64,000 nucleotides of DNA from Chiloscyllium plagiosum (lineage: Eukaryota): NCBI RefSeq assembly GCF_004010195.1, contig NC_057726.1, positions 61,834,335 through 61,898,334 on the forward strand. The letters run 5' to 3'. Position 1 is the stretch's first letter, and each line of letters begins with the position of its first letter. This document shows positions 1 through 12,690 of the stretch, one piece after another. The notes beneath the pieces are model-generated. The model ran no database searches and was not told the DNA's origin. It saw only the letters and a list, made by a program, of their open reading frames with translations. Both the position numbers and the translations under genes were made by a program.

Positions 1-387
1 GGGCAAGTCTGGAGGGATGGTGAACACACGGCAGGGCGGGGAGCTAGGACCTGGTGTGGGACTGGAGCTGGATGTGGGGGGGGGGTTAGGCGTGGGGGGG
101 GGGACGGAGATCGGCGTGGAAGCGGGGTTGGGCGTGGTGACGGCGATAGGCGAAGGGGCGGGGTGAGACGTGGTGACGGAACTAGGCGTGGAGGCGGGGT
201 TAGGCATGCAGTCGGAGATCGGCGAAGGGGCGGGGTTAGGCGAGGTGACGGAACTCGCCGGGGGGGCGGGGTTAGGCGTGGAGATCGGCGTGGGGGCGGA
301 GACACATGCGGCGTTGTGGGCGTGTAGGTTAGTGACGTCAGTGGGGCGGAAGTGGCTGCGGCGACCGCAGAGTTTCTCCTCATACAT
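1..387 (-). mobile_element. Penelope-like element ORF fragment (Pro/Ser/Thr-rich region just N-terminal of RT), runs off window start
   Basis: Minus-strand frame is open from ATG 387 to base 1: MYEEKLCGRRSHFRPTDV...PISTPNPAPP...PSSPPCRVFTIPPDLP. The repeats preserve the triplet frame. I recognise CRVFTIPPDLP as the segment preceding the RT of shark PLEs (recall, not searched). Confidence 0.6.
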
Positions 388-499
388 CTCTATGACTCAA
401 TTACTCTAATGGAGCATGATGGGATTCAGTGTTTTAGCCACAATTATTCACAATTTATATTAATGGTTTGGATGAAGAATGGAACCTTCGAGAGCCAGG

Positions 500-1340
500 A
501 TTGCAAATGGTGCAAAACCAGCTGGAAAGTAAAGTGTTGAGGATGACACAGAGTTTGCCGGGAATATAAACAAGTTACATGAGTGGACAATAATATGAAA
601 AATGTGAGATTATATACATTGCCATGAAGAATAGAAGAGCTGAACATTACTTAATTAAACAAAAACAAAGGAAAACAAGCTACAATCTGAGCTCTGTAAT
701 TAATATGGAAGGCAACTAGAATGTTACTCTTTACTTCAAAGGGAATGGAGTAGACAAGTAGGGAGGTCTTGCCAAAACTAGACAAAGCACTAATCAGACC
801 ACATCTGGAAACTGTGAAAAGCTTTATTCCCATTATATAAGGAAAGATATAATGTCATTAGAGGGAGTCCAGAAAATGTTCACTATGCTCATACCAGGTC
901 TGGAAAGAGTGTCTTATGAAGACAGGTTGAGTAGATAAGACTTTAATCATTTAGAATGAGAAGCAGTCTTACTGAAAGAAAGAAGGTTTTTTTGGACATA
1001 TAGGTTAGATGCTGAAAGATTGTATCCCCTCATGGCAATGTTTAGGAAAGAGGGCATAATCTCAGAATCAGAGATTGCACACTTAACATAGAGATGCAAA
1101 TGAATTTCTCTCAGACAGTAGTTAATCTGTGAATTCCTTCCCATGGAGAGCTGTGCAAGTTTAATGATATTGAAGCCTGAGAGAGATAGATTTTGAAATA
1201 GATAATGGAATCAAGGGTTATGGTGAAAAGGCATGAAAGTGGAGATGAGGATTATTAAGATCAGCCATAACCTCATTGCAGGTGGAGCAGACTTGATGAA
1301 CTTGTATGGACTACTTCTGCTCCAATGTGTTATTGTCTTA
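500..1340 (+). mobile_element. Decayed CR1 LINE, RT C-terminus and 3'UTR
   Basis: Remnants of CR1 ORF2 motifs (LIRPHLE, RKDIMSLEGVQKMFT) followed by a typical 3'UTR; many stops and indels. Confidence 0.75.
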
Positions 1341-2889
1341 TAGTTTGTGGTTTTTATATCTAGGCACCCTCACAATGTGTACATGTTTCTTTCCGTATGT
1401 GCCTCCCCACCCCTGCCAACATGCACCCCTAAATTATCAGCATAAAAACAGTTTTGCAGCCCCCTCCAATACCAAAGAAGAGTCCCACTGGACTCCTAAC
1501 ATTAACACTTTGTCTCTGTCCACACATGCAGACGCATGTGCTGAGTTTGTTTCATGACTAGACATATATTGATCAGGTCAGCCCTCAGCCCTCAGATTTC
1601 TAGAAAATATTGGCCCAACATGTTCGGATAAGTTGCACTGATGTACTGTCCCCTCGTGGATTTTGTGCACAGAAATCCAAGTGTTACTAGTCAAGTCTGA
1701 AACAAGTTAAACATTTTTTTGGCTTATAAGTTTTATTCTTTGCACTATTAATGATCATGCATGACTTAACTTGCAACAATGCGTACAATACCAATCCCTT
1801 TTTCAGCCCATTTAGGTTTTACTACTCAAGCATATATGTTCCCCATTGGAACAGAGCTCTGTTGTTGAATTTAGACTAGTTAAAATCTAAATCTTCAAAA
1901 TTTAACCTGAACATTCGTAAGTGAAAAGAGGAAACTTTTTTTTCAAACAAACATTCATAGGAATCTGGGATTTGCTCTCCAAACAGCTGAAGATATAAAC
2001 TTTTAAAATTGTGAAAGTAGATTTGCATTTGTTAATAATATTCAGGGATTAGGAGTCAGACAGGTGAATGGTTTTGAGGTGCAGGTCAGCCATCATCTAA
2101 CTAAATGATAAATCAGAATGCAGCGGCTGATGGTATACTGTGTTCCTGAACATATAACTCAGTTGAAGAAACAGTTGTAGACACATACTACTGCATTAAC
2201 ACTAATTTACAAAGGTAAAAAAAAACTGTGGAACCATGGAGAAATACTTTAAGTAGCCAATTGTCCTGGTTCTCCTGTATATTCACCAATTATTTGCCAC
2301 AGTAATTGAAGGAAATTGGATGAATGTTGCACCGAAGTGCAATCAAGTGCATTTACTTGATCAGTCCTCAATGGCAGCATTGATCGTATTATATAAACTA
2401 TAATGCAAACTCCTGCAACACTGTTACTCAGCAGGCTTGTAACAAATATAGTGTCGACAACATACCAGACTTCATGTCCAGTTGAGACAGTGTATTTATA
2501 ATGCCAAATAGCTTTAATTAATTGAAGTGCAAAGTGTTTAAGGCAAGTTTGTCAGACAGTTGGTGGAATCTGGTACATTCATTTTGATAAGAGTAGTGCA
2601 TTGAGCACAGCCCATTTCCAAAGTGATTCTGTCAATGTCTTCAGTGTGGAGGTTGCAATCTGGAATGGGTTGTTGTGTACGCATGAGGAAGTTGAGTTAC
2701 TGTTCCACATCGAGGTATTTCATAAAAATATCTTTGGAAACTGGTAAAGCTGTTAAAATGAGGAAGGAAGGAGAGATGAAGCTCATTGATCATTGATTTT
2801 GAGTTCAGAACACAGCCAGTGACCCAGAACTAAAAGTTAAACACCCATATGCCAGACTAATTTATTCATTTTCAACATGAAATACAGAA

Positions 2890-3650
2890 CAAATAGGGGC
2901 AAAAGTAACAAAAAGAGTGGAGATCTGTGTGTGGAGGCTGAGGGCACAGCTGAAGTTTTAAATGAGTATTTTGCACCTGTAATCACAAAAGATAAGGATG
3001 ACATAGGTCAGGGAAGGGTACTGTAATATACTTCAACATATTAGCACTGAGATGGTGGAGGTATTAATAGTTTTAACAGGTCTAGAAGTAGATAAATCCT
3101 CAGGTTGTTGTGAGAAGTATTAAAGTTTTATGTGGGAAACAAAGGAGGAGAGTGCAGGGTCAGCGACATTCATGTTTTAATTCATTCTGGCCACAAGGGA
3201 GATGCCAGAGGATTGGAGGACAGCTAACGTGATACCATTTATCAAGAACATTGGCAGAGATAAACTTGGAAACAAGTTTTTGAGCTTAACCTTAGTGGTT
3301 GGTAATCACTTGGACAAAAATATCTAAGGGACTAGAATTACTCTCCAATTGGAGAGGCAAGGATTAATCAAGCATGCTCGGGATGGCACTGTAATTGGGA
3401 ACTCATGTCTAATAAAGTTGATTTTAATTTTTGAGGAGGTGAGTCTGTGTTTAGATCACAGGAGACCAATTCATGTAATCTACATCAACTTCGGTAAGGT
3501 TTTAATGTCAAGAGCCCAGGGGATACAAGGCAGTGTGGCAAATTGGAATCAAAATTAGATCAGTGATATGGAACAGAGGTTGGTAAACAATGGGTGTTTT
3601 TGTGATTGGACACCTGCAACCAATGGTGTACCACAGTACTTGATGTAGGG
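2890..3650 (+). mobile_element. Decayed CR1 LINE RT fragment
   Basis: MPEDWRTANVIPF and VIYINFGK (DFSKAFD remnant) motifs; ORF 3349..3558. Confidence 0.7.
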
Positions 3651-4642
3651 ATATATTTCCTTCCCCATCCCTTTCCGAGAAGACCGTTCCCTCCGTGACT
3701 ACCTGGTCAGGTTCACACCCCCCCCCCCCACCCCAACAACCCACCCTCCTGTCCTGGCACCTTCACCTGCCACCGCAGGAATTGCAAAACCTGCGCCCAT
3801 ACCTCCTCCCTCACCTCCATCCAAGGCCCAAAAGGAGCCTTCTACATCCATTATAGTTTCACCTGCACATCCACCACTGTCATTTATTGTATCCATTGCT
3901 CCCAATGTGGTCTCCTCCACATTGGGGAGACTGGACGCCTTCTTGCAGAGTGCTTTAGGGAACATCTCCAGGATACCTGCACCAGTCCACCCCACTGCCC
4001 CGTAGCCCAACATTTCAACTCCGCCTCCCACTCTGCTGAGGACATGCAGGACCTGGGCCTCCTCCACCGCCACTCCATCATCACACGATGCCTGGAGGAA
4101 GAACACCTCAATTTCCGTCTTGGAACACTTCAACCCTGTGAATTGGCCATGCTAAATTGCCTGTAGTGTTAGGTAAGGAGTAAATGTAGGGGTATGGGTG
4201 GGTTGCGCTTCGGCGGGTCGGTGTGGACTTGTTGGGCCGAAGGGCCTGTTTCCACACTGTAATGTAATCTAATGTAATCATCTAAAACCCAGGGAATCAA
4301 TGTGGACTTCACCAGTTTGCTCATTTCCCCTCCCCGCACTTTACCCCAGTTCCAACCTTCCAGCTCAGCACCATCCTCATGACCTTTCCTACCTGCCAAT
4401 CGTCCTTCCCACCTATCTGCTCCACCCTCCTCTCTGACCTATCACCTTCATCCCCACCCTCATCCACTTATTGTACTCTTTGCTACCTTCTCCCCAGCTC
4501 CACACCCTCCCATTTATCTTTCCACTCTGGAGGCTCCCTGCCTTCATTCCTGATGAAGGGCTTTTGCCTGAAAAGTCAATTTTCCTGCTACTCATATGCT
4601 GCCTGACCTGCTATGCTTTTCCAGCATCACTCTAATCTAGAC
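3651..4642 (+). mobile_element. Penelope-like element 3' end (GIY-YIG endonuclease plus pLTR with hammerhead motif), interrupted by a SINE
   Basis: GTFTCHRRNCKTC...VIYCIHCSQCGLLHIGETGRLLAECFREHL; downstream cctgatgaagggcttttgcctgaaaagtc at about 4549-4577. Confidence 0.85.
4137..4283 (+). mobile_element. HE1-type SINE, 3' half, nested in PLE
   Basis: gtgaattggccatgctaaattgcc...gggccgaagggcctgtttccacactgtaa plus simple-repeat tail; same family as 47018-47327. Confidence 0.8.
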
Positions 4643-5139
4643 TCTTGCCTTACCACCGTTACCTTGTATTAAATTCACAACTGTTTACTATCATATCTAC
4701 GTTTGTCCATCTTTATGAACTGCTTGTCATGTTCCGATTTGTGAATCTCAATGCACTTGTTAGTAACAGTGTAAGGCGTCTATTTCATCAAATTCTATGA
4801 TTTACCTCTCTGATTTACCCATAGTTTGTCCACGGATCCAGTGGACAGTTTATTTTTCCAACAAATTTACCTTTGTTGAAAATAATGAATCACTTTAAAT
4901 GTTTAACATTGCTCATCAAGTTTCATACCTTTTAATATTCTGTCTTGGACAACTTATACTTTATTAATTGCCTATGCTTATATTTAAATCCATGCTTTGG
5001 ACTTAAACCCATGAGTCTCAAGCTTCATATAGAATTATATTCTATTATGGTTACAAGATTAAAATAATTTCTTAATGATTTTGCTAATTCTGATATGTCA
5101 GCTTGCACTGCAGAATATGTTAATTAAAGATAAACAACC

Positions 5140-5530
5140 TTAACAAAACTGTGAATCTTAACACTCCATTGGTTGGAGTCATACCTCGCACAAATGAGGA
5201 TACTTGTGGTTTTTGGAGACCCATAATTCCAGCTCTCGGACACCACTGCAGGAGTTCCTCAAGATAGTGTCCTCGGGCCAACTACCTTCACTTGCTTCAT
5301 CAATGACCTTCCCTCCATCATTAGGTCAGAAATGGAGATTTTAGCACAACATTCAGCACCAATCATGACTTTTCAGATAGTGAAGTATTCTGTGGCCATT
5401 TGCAGATGATTTGAACAACATTCAACTTTTTGGCAGACGTGAGAAAGGTTTGTACCACACAAGTGCCAAAAGTGACCATCTCCATCAATAGAGAATCTGA
5501 CCATCTTCCGTTGATATTCAAAGGCCTTGT
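5140..5530 (+). mobile_element. Decayed CR1-group LINE RT fragment (second family)
   Basis: GVPQDSVLGPTTFTCFINDL motif. Confidence 0.65.
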
Positions 5531-6589
5531 ATTCCTGCATTATTTTAGACTAGCAGGCAATTGTTCATTCTTGATTTGTTTAGTTAACACCATGTATTAA
5601 CTGAATCTATAAGAATATCTCAATATCCCACCTTTCATATACTATTTATTATAAATTTAGACTGAACACACATTGTATGTATTTTTAAACAGCTATTTTG
5701 CAATTTGTATTTGTGTCTTGTGATCTTCTGTATTAAGACAATATAATTTTACGTTTTTACTATATCCTCCATTGTGAAAGTTAGGAGACTGATTCCAGGC
5801 ATCCACAAACACAAAGAGAAAATGTAAGTAACTGACAAGTGGCCTCGGAGTGCAAATAGTCGGTGATATGTGCTTGATTTACTGAGGGACCTTTACTGAT
5901 TAAGCAAACATTATGAAAATGAGCTCAGGATTTTAGTAATATGGACATGGCAGCATACAATCCACTTTTCAGAACAAATAAGCAAAGAGGATTTTGTAAA
6001 ATATTCTCTTATCTTGGAGAGCAATCATATAAGTAAGGAAATCAGACCAGAATGACAGGCTTGACCCATCAATAAATGACAGCTGAAGATATCAGTTAGA
6101 AGATAGGGAAAGTTAGCCTCAGTCAGTGTCCATTCCCCTGAAGAGTCAACCACAGATTGATCCCACACTTTTTGGGAAAATTAACATTGAGTCTTACTGA
6201 TAATGCAATGGACTGTGGCATAGAAAGTGTTAATAAACAGGAATACTCAAGGGTGATTAGAGTGCAAAGCAAATTTGAAACTGAGGTTAGTGCAGCCTAA
6301 AATGGAAGAAGCTGGAAAAACTCAGCAGGTCTGGCAGCATCTGTGGAGAGAAATCAGAGTTAACATTTTGGGTCCAGTGACCCTTCCTCAGAATTTAGTA
6401 GATCCTGCTGTTCTACCAAAAAGTAACACTGCACAGATGTTGGAGCAAGACAAGATAATTACATTTCTTCTCCTCTTTGCTCATTCATTTAAATTTATAT
6501 ACTTGGATGTAAATGTGTGTGTGCACGCGTGTTGTGTTTATGTATGTATTTGGATTTGAGCTAAATTTAGAACCTGAAATGTACATTTT

Positions 6590-6899
6590 TGTTTTACAGC
6601 GTGGAAACAGGCCCTTCAGCCCAGCAAGCCCACACCAACTCTCCAAAGAGCAACCCACCTAGACTCATTCCCCTACATTCATGCCTGACTAATGCACCTA
6701 ACACTACAGGTAACTTAACATGGCTAATTCACCTAACCTGCACATCTTTGGACTATGGGAGGAAACCAGAGCACCCGGAGGAAACCCACACAGACATGGA
6801 GAATGTGCAAACTCCACACAGTTGCCCGAGGTGGTAATTTAACCCGGGTTCCAGGTACTGTGAGGCAGCAGTGCTAACCATTGAGCCACCGTGCTGGCC
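6590..6899 (-). mobile_element. HE1-type tRNA-derived V-SINE
   Basis: Reverse complement of ggcacggtggctcaatggttagcactgctgcctcacag...gggtttcctccgggtgctc V-domain. Confidence 0.85.
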
Positions 6900-7514
6900 A
6901 ATATCTTGGAGACTACTGATGACCAGCAACTGAACTGGAATAGCCATATAAATGCTACAAAGAGAGGGTCAGAGGATTGGAATTCTGTGCCAATTTGCTC
7001 ATCTCTCGTCTCCCCAAAGCCAATCCCACATTTACAAGGCACAAATCTGATGTGTGATGGACGACCTTCCACCTGCCTGGACATCGTTCAAGAAACGTTA
7101 GTCTGCTTGAATAGCACCCACCTACCACCTTCAACATTCAGTTCCTATTCAACCACAAACAGTGGCTGTTGTGTTTATCATCGAAGATGCACTGCAGCAA
7201 TTCAACAAGGCTCCTTCAACAGCAGAAAAGCAATTGCTGTAGTGATAGTGACCCTCTCACTTCGGAGTTTTGGTTCAAATCTCACTTGCTCCAGATGTGT
7301 GCAATAACATCTCTACACAGAACGACTAAAAATATCAGCAGCAAACGATGAACCAGAGTGACTGCAGTCCTGTCTGCTCCCAAAGGGGCTGCTTTATCTC
7401 ACCACTCCACCATCTGACTGAAACGGCGCTGTTCTCAGTGGGCTACAACTCCACTGTAATCTGCAAGGTGGCGCTGTTGGAGGAGGTAACAGTTTGGGCT
7501 GGCGAACCGGGTGT

Positions 7515-7532
7515 TGCCGGGAAATGTAGTCC
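7515..7532 (-). promoter_or_regulatory. ZNF143/THAP11-type ACTACAnnTCCC promoter motif of OGFOD1
   Basis: tgccgggaaatgtagtcc = GGACTACATTTCCCGGCA on the minus strand, about 60 bp upstream of the ATG in a CpG-rich patch; a CTCF-like gcaaggtggcgctg lies at about 7463-7476. Confidence 0.6.
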
Positions 7533-7592
7533 GAGGCGAGGCAGCGGCTGGAGGTGACAGCCTGGGCTTGGAACATCTCGTCCGGACTTGGA

Positions 7593-7746
7593 ATGAGCTC
7601 TAAGAGGGCACGGAGTGATCCTGGCAGCTGGATCGGAGGGAAGCGGCAGCTAAAAGAGCGGGAGCTTGCGGAACTGAATCCTCTGCTGTCGGAAGCGAAG
7701 GAGCAAGTGAGGGAGGCCTGGAGCCGGGGACTCGAGTACTCACATG
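7593..7746 (+). CDS. OGFOD1: OGFOD1 exon 1 (prolyl 3-hydroxylase OGFOD1)
   Basis: MSSKRARSDPG...EQVREAWSRGLEYSH resembles the human N-terminus (QVAEAWSRRTPFSH); donor G|gtgagg, phase 1. Confidence 0.9.
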
Positions 7747-10056
7747 GTGAGGGGAAGCGAGAGGGACAGCCTTGGGAAGGCAATAAATTGGAAAAAGGGA
7801 GTAATTAGAGTAATCAATGCTGGCGAAACAATTCCAAAGTCTTATGTGTTCACTGGGTGCTCTCGTGATGGGCAGAAGACGATGAAGCACATAATGCAAT
7901 AAACAAATACAGAAATCGCTGGAAAAACTCTGGTAGCATCTGTGGAGAGAAAGTAGAATTAACACTGAGTCAAGTGATTCTTATTTGTTTCAATGTTTAA
8001 ATCACATAATGCAGTATGACAGTACAATGCAGCGTTGATGGGGTGGTTTATTGACGGTGTGATGGCTTTAACTGGCACTTTTTTTTCTGTGATTGTAATT
8101 ATGACTAAGCTAACAGCGTTAGCCATCACTGTGCTTGTGATATTAATAACAATGTCTGAAGTTCGCGTGTGTGCAGTTAAATGAAGAAATGCACAAGTTG
8201 CTGTTCGTGATTTCATTTCCCTACAGGGTGCGCTGTTGAAGTTCTCTGGATTGAAAACAATTAGAAGTTAGCGAACTGACAATTTTGTACTTAGTCTCGC
8301 TGTAAAATCCTTTGACAAGGTTATACCTTGTTGATTAAGATGTATCTGATCTTCCAAGCTCAAATTACTGAGCAGCTTCAGTGTCAGTGAAAAACAAATA
8401 CTTATGATCAAAAGTGAAAATTTGACTGCATTTTGCCTGCTAATTTCTTAGCATGGCTATTCATTGTGCCTCGGTATGTGACAATAAATTCGATTCAGTT
8501 CAATTCAATTTGCTGCAGATGGGAATGTTACAGTCTGATTGCCATTCTCAATGATACCACTGCTGGATTTTGCATTTGGCACCAGATTCAGATAATATTG
8601 AGAAAGTGGAAAGCCATGTGGAGGTACCAATGTTGGATTGTGGTGGACAAAGACACAATGCCAGGTTATAGTCCAGCTACCAATGTAACACCAGCTAGCT
8701 ACCTGACGAAGGAGCAGTGTTCTGAAATCTAGTACTTCCAAATAAACCTGTTGGACCATAACCTGGTATTATGTGATTTTTAACAATATCTTCATGGGCA
8801 GCTTCTATGAGGTCAGTAGTGAGTGCTGTTGCTTCACTGACAACCATGAAATCCAGAGCTTATGATCAGTGAAAGTAAGATCTGATTGCAACTCTTGTGG
8901 TAGATCAGGGAGGTCTCCTACTGTTCCAAACAACATTTACCCCTCAACCACTCCATTAAAAGTGAATAAACTGGCAATTTATGTCTGCACTTTGTTTGAG
9001 AGAGTGCTGTGGGAAACACTGTCTGTATCTGTATAACAGTAGTAATTATATTGTGAAAGTATTTTGAATAATAAGAACAAAGTTTTGAATGCAGAACAAT
9101 TCATGGTATAACTGGTGAACATTCAGAAATGTGTGGGTTAATCAAGGGCAATTGAGATGGATTTGTTAAAAGAATGTCATGTTTTGCAAATTTAATAGGA
9201 TTTTAGTTTGCCGAGATAGCTGGATGGAAAAAGGAATGCATTAAGATCTGTGTGTAGATCTGTGTATTAATAAGTTGTCTTACCAAATCGCTTGTGAGAA
9301 AACAATAAGTGTTTGGTGAGGAAATACAATGAGCTTCAAAATCGCAACACGCATAGAAAAGGTTGGTGGACTGACAGGAAACCAGAAGTTAGAGAAAATA
9401 GATGTTTCCTTTCAATATGTATTTTGGCATGTTAGTGGTGTTTTCACAGTTCAAGGGCTGGAAACATAAATTCAAGGCATGCAATCTAGGGATGCACTTA
9501 TGTTTCATTTATGATGAATTTCTATATTGACAGTAGAATTGCTGACAAGCAAGCTCTACTATTCTCTTGTCACCGAGGCTACAGTATGAATCTGACATCT
9601 GGTGCTCAGTTTCTCTTGGAGGGAAGTGCTATGAGGTTTTCCAAAGGTTGCACCCTCTTCAGGAGGGGTCAGATAATTGAGTGCAACTTTGGTGTCAAAC
9701 CTCTGTCATAAAGTGCACAGGGAGTCTAATGGACTCATTGAATGTGTTTTTTAATTTGAGTGTATTTGATTTAAAGGCAAAGAGAGTGTAAATGAACTTA
9801 GTGACCCAACCTGAGAGTTCAAATGCTAATGGCCAGAAAGAGAACTCTGCATATCAAGCCAGGGAGTTATAAATGAGAGAACACTAGTGTAACGGTGTAC
9901 AGAGATTTCATAGCCTTGAAGGGTCTGCTAAGCGAACATATGTTTTTATTCTTGCAGATGCTTAATGTTAACAAAATGTTACTTTTCTGTAATTTATGAA
10001 AACAAATCTGTTCCTTGCCAAGGTACTTACTGGAATCTTTGCTTCTCCCTTTGCAG

Positions 10057-10205
10057 AAAAGGGTCTCATACTGGACACACAGCCATTTGCACATTGTGTG
10101 ATACCAAATTTTGTCCAGAGTCAAAGATTCCTGGTGGGCCTTCAGAATGAACTTCTGCAGCTGAACTTCTATGACAAATCGAACGATCTCTATAAATTCA
10201 AACAG
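10057..10205 (+). CDS. OGFOD1: OGFOD1 exon 2
   Basis: ttgcag| EKGLILDTQPFAHCVIPNFVQSQRFLVGLQNELLQLNFYDKSNDLYKFKQ |gtaaga. Confidence 0.97.
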
Positions 10206-11189
10206 GTAAGAAACAGATCTTTGGAAGGAGAGAGATAGCAAATGGGCAGGAAATTTTGATAATCTGAATAACAATCAAACTGAGCCATGGAATTAATAGT
10301 TCCATTATTTGCAGACTGTATTGAGTGAAATGACTTCATGGTGCTATGACCATTTAGGAGTAATGACAGCTAAGAGATTTTCTGTATGGCAGAAGGATCA
10401 CTTACTGTGGTGTGATGAAGGACTTCAGAATCACAATGCAGAAGAGTGGAGTGGACACATTGAAGTGATAAAGTGCGATGAACGAGATAACTGATTAATT
10501 TGCAGTTTTATAATGTTTTTTCACAACGTCAGAAGATCTTGAAACCTTTTGTAGGCGGTAAAACTTTTGACATGCAGTCACTATTGTAATATAGGAAGGT
10601 CTTCATGCAGCAATATTCTTCAAATGATGTAGATGAGGGGATGCCAGTAAAGTGCAAACCCTGGAATAACGTTAGGTGTGGTGATTCTTGTTCAGTAGTG
10701 TGGTGAAACGGTTAAAAATTATGTCCCAATACATGTGTGAATCTAAATGTAACACATGAGTAGATATACTGGAATAACATAAAATGAGGTAATTGGATCC
10801 AGAATGATGTACAACAAACAAATTACTTGTTCAATCTATCCATCTACAACTACAGTTGTCATATCTCATCTCTTAGGACAGATTTTTTAAAATATTTGCA
10901 TATGCACTGATATATTAGTGGAGCCTGAGTAGAAAAATCTTACTAGGTACATCTGAACCTCCATATTGTGCTGTCTGAAATGGCTGTCTGTAAACATCGG
11001 TGAGATGTGATTATAAGTATAAATTTTCACACAATTGACAAAATTGACAATGAGATTGTAGATGTGACCAATCAGAGCTAATTGAGTTCCAGGTGTAGAT
11101 AATAAGGGAGATGTGCGAGATATAAATTTTCAGGTGGAATGACAATGTTGAAATTTTCGAAAAAATAATATATTCCATTCCTTTGACAG

Positions 11190-11236
11190 TCTGATGACCT
11201 CCGGAAGAAGAAAGAATATCACATTTCAGCATTAAG
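11190..11236 (+). CDS. OGFOD1: OGFOD1 exon 3
   Basis: tgacag| SDDLRKKKEYHISALR |gtgagt; 47 nt, phase 0 to 2. Confidence 0.95.
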
Positions 11237-12048
11237 GTGAGTCACTGGGAACATATCTTTTCTGAGCTTGCTAAGAGCACAATTTGAACTGGTTTATTGG
11301 ACTGGAATGCAGTGTGTTTTCAAGTAGGTTTTCCTTGTTGCACCACTGATTTTCAATTGAGTAGTCATGAGTATGCTTTGTACATGTTGTAGATGTGAAC
11401 CTGGCACCTCTGAGAGCAAGCTGCTGCTGCACAATTGGGTGAATTGAAGTAAGGAACAAACTAGTTAGAAGAATTAATCACAGAAAGTACGCTATTTATT
11501 TATAATGCTTTAAGAAGTAAATTGATCTCAGCCATGTTATTGCACAAAAGCCCAGTTATTGTTGCTTTCATTTGATTTGTGATGTCTGCACGTGAATGTT
11601 TCTTAGGTGCAAACTCTTGGAATCACTTCTAAATATATTTTTTCTGCCTTTTCCAAAAAATATTTTCTCCTTTGGCCTTTTGTACTGGGCCTTTCTCTGG
11701 CTCAGACTGATTAATGTAATCCTTAATTTTTATATTTGTTTGGACAAGCCTTACCCCCATATTGTTAGCAGCTGTTTTCGTCCCATACACCATTCTGATC
11801 TCTACAAAATGTTTTCTCCCAGACCCTCAATTATGTTTCCTTTCTGAGACATTCACTAATCCCCTCAATGCCTGATTGCATTATGTTCCCTCCAACAATT
11901 CCAGTGATTAAACTGTTCATAATATGTGATAATTTCTTTTGCAGTTAGTCCATGAATATTCTGAATGACTCTCGAGTTTGTATTTCATTACCATTGCTTT
12001 ACACATTGCAAGAGCTTTAAAAAGTATCTGTTTTTTTTCTCTTTCTAG

Positions 12049-12149
12049 GAAGGTGCTGTTTGAAGATTTTCGGACATGGTTATCAGATATCATTGGTATA
12101 AAACTAGAAAGCACAGTGGATTTATCCTGTGCTAAATACGAATATACAG
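12049..12149 (+). CDS. OGFOD1: OGFOD1 exon 4
   Basis: ttctag| [33 protein letters not shown] |gtatat. Confidence 0.96.
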
Positions 12150-12344
12150 GTATATGACATTCAGTAAATAGTGTTTTGCACTGAGTATCGTTAATACATA
12201 TTATTTTACTGGGTGTATTGCATTGTTACAAAATGGAGACAGGCAGCCAATCCAAATCGGCCTTTCCATCTCTGTATTTGCAGCACAGTAAAATTAAAAT
12301 CTTCAAAGATCTTCAAAATTGAGTCCAATACTTCCTAACCTGTC

Positions 12345-12690
12345 TTAGAGTCATAGAGTTGTACAGCATAGAACCAGACCCATCAGACGAATTCGGCCAT
12401 GCTAACCAAATATCCTAAATAGTTCCATTTGCTAGCATTTGGCCATATCCTTCCAAACCCTTCCGATTCATTGATTGATCCAGATGCCTTTGAAATGTTG
12501 TTATCGTACCAGTCTCCACCACTTCCTCGAGCTTCCCGTTCCATACACACCCAGCCTCTGCATGAACAAGTTGCCCAACAGTTCCTTTTAAACCTTTTCA
12601 TCTCATTTTAAACATATGCCATCAGGTTTTGCACTCCCCTTCCCAAGGAAAAAGACCTCAACTGTTCACCCTGTCCGTGCTTTTCCTGGT
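12345..12690 (-). mobile_element. CR1 (HER1-like) LINE 3' end
   Basis: agagtcatagag tail and reverse-complemented CR1 3'UTR/RT end. Confidence 0.75.

Noticed and set aside
170-409. Gly-rich + strand ORF, or CpG-island promoter of a host gene
   Set aside because: Better explained as the antisense of the in-frame PLE ORF on the minus strand
7554-7592. N-terminal extension of OGFOD1 from GTG 7554
   Set aside because: Non-ATG start from the ORF caller; ATG 7593 aligns with the known N-terminus
12150-12157. Possible U12-type donor (gtatatga)
   Set aside because: Does not match GTATCCTT; treated as an ordinary U2 GT-AG intron
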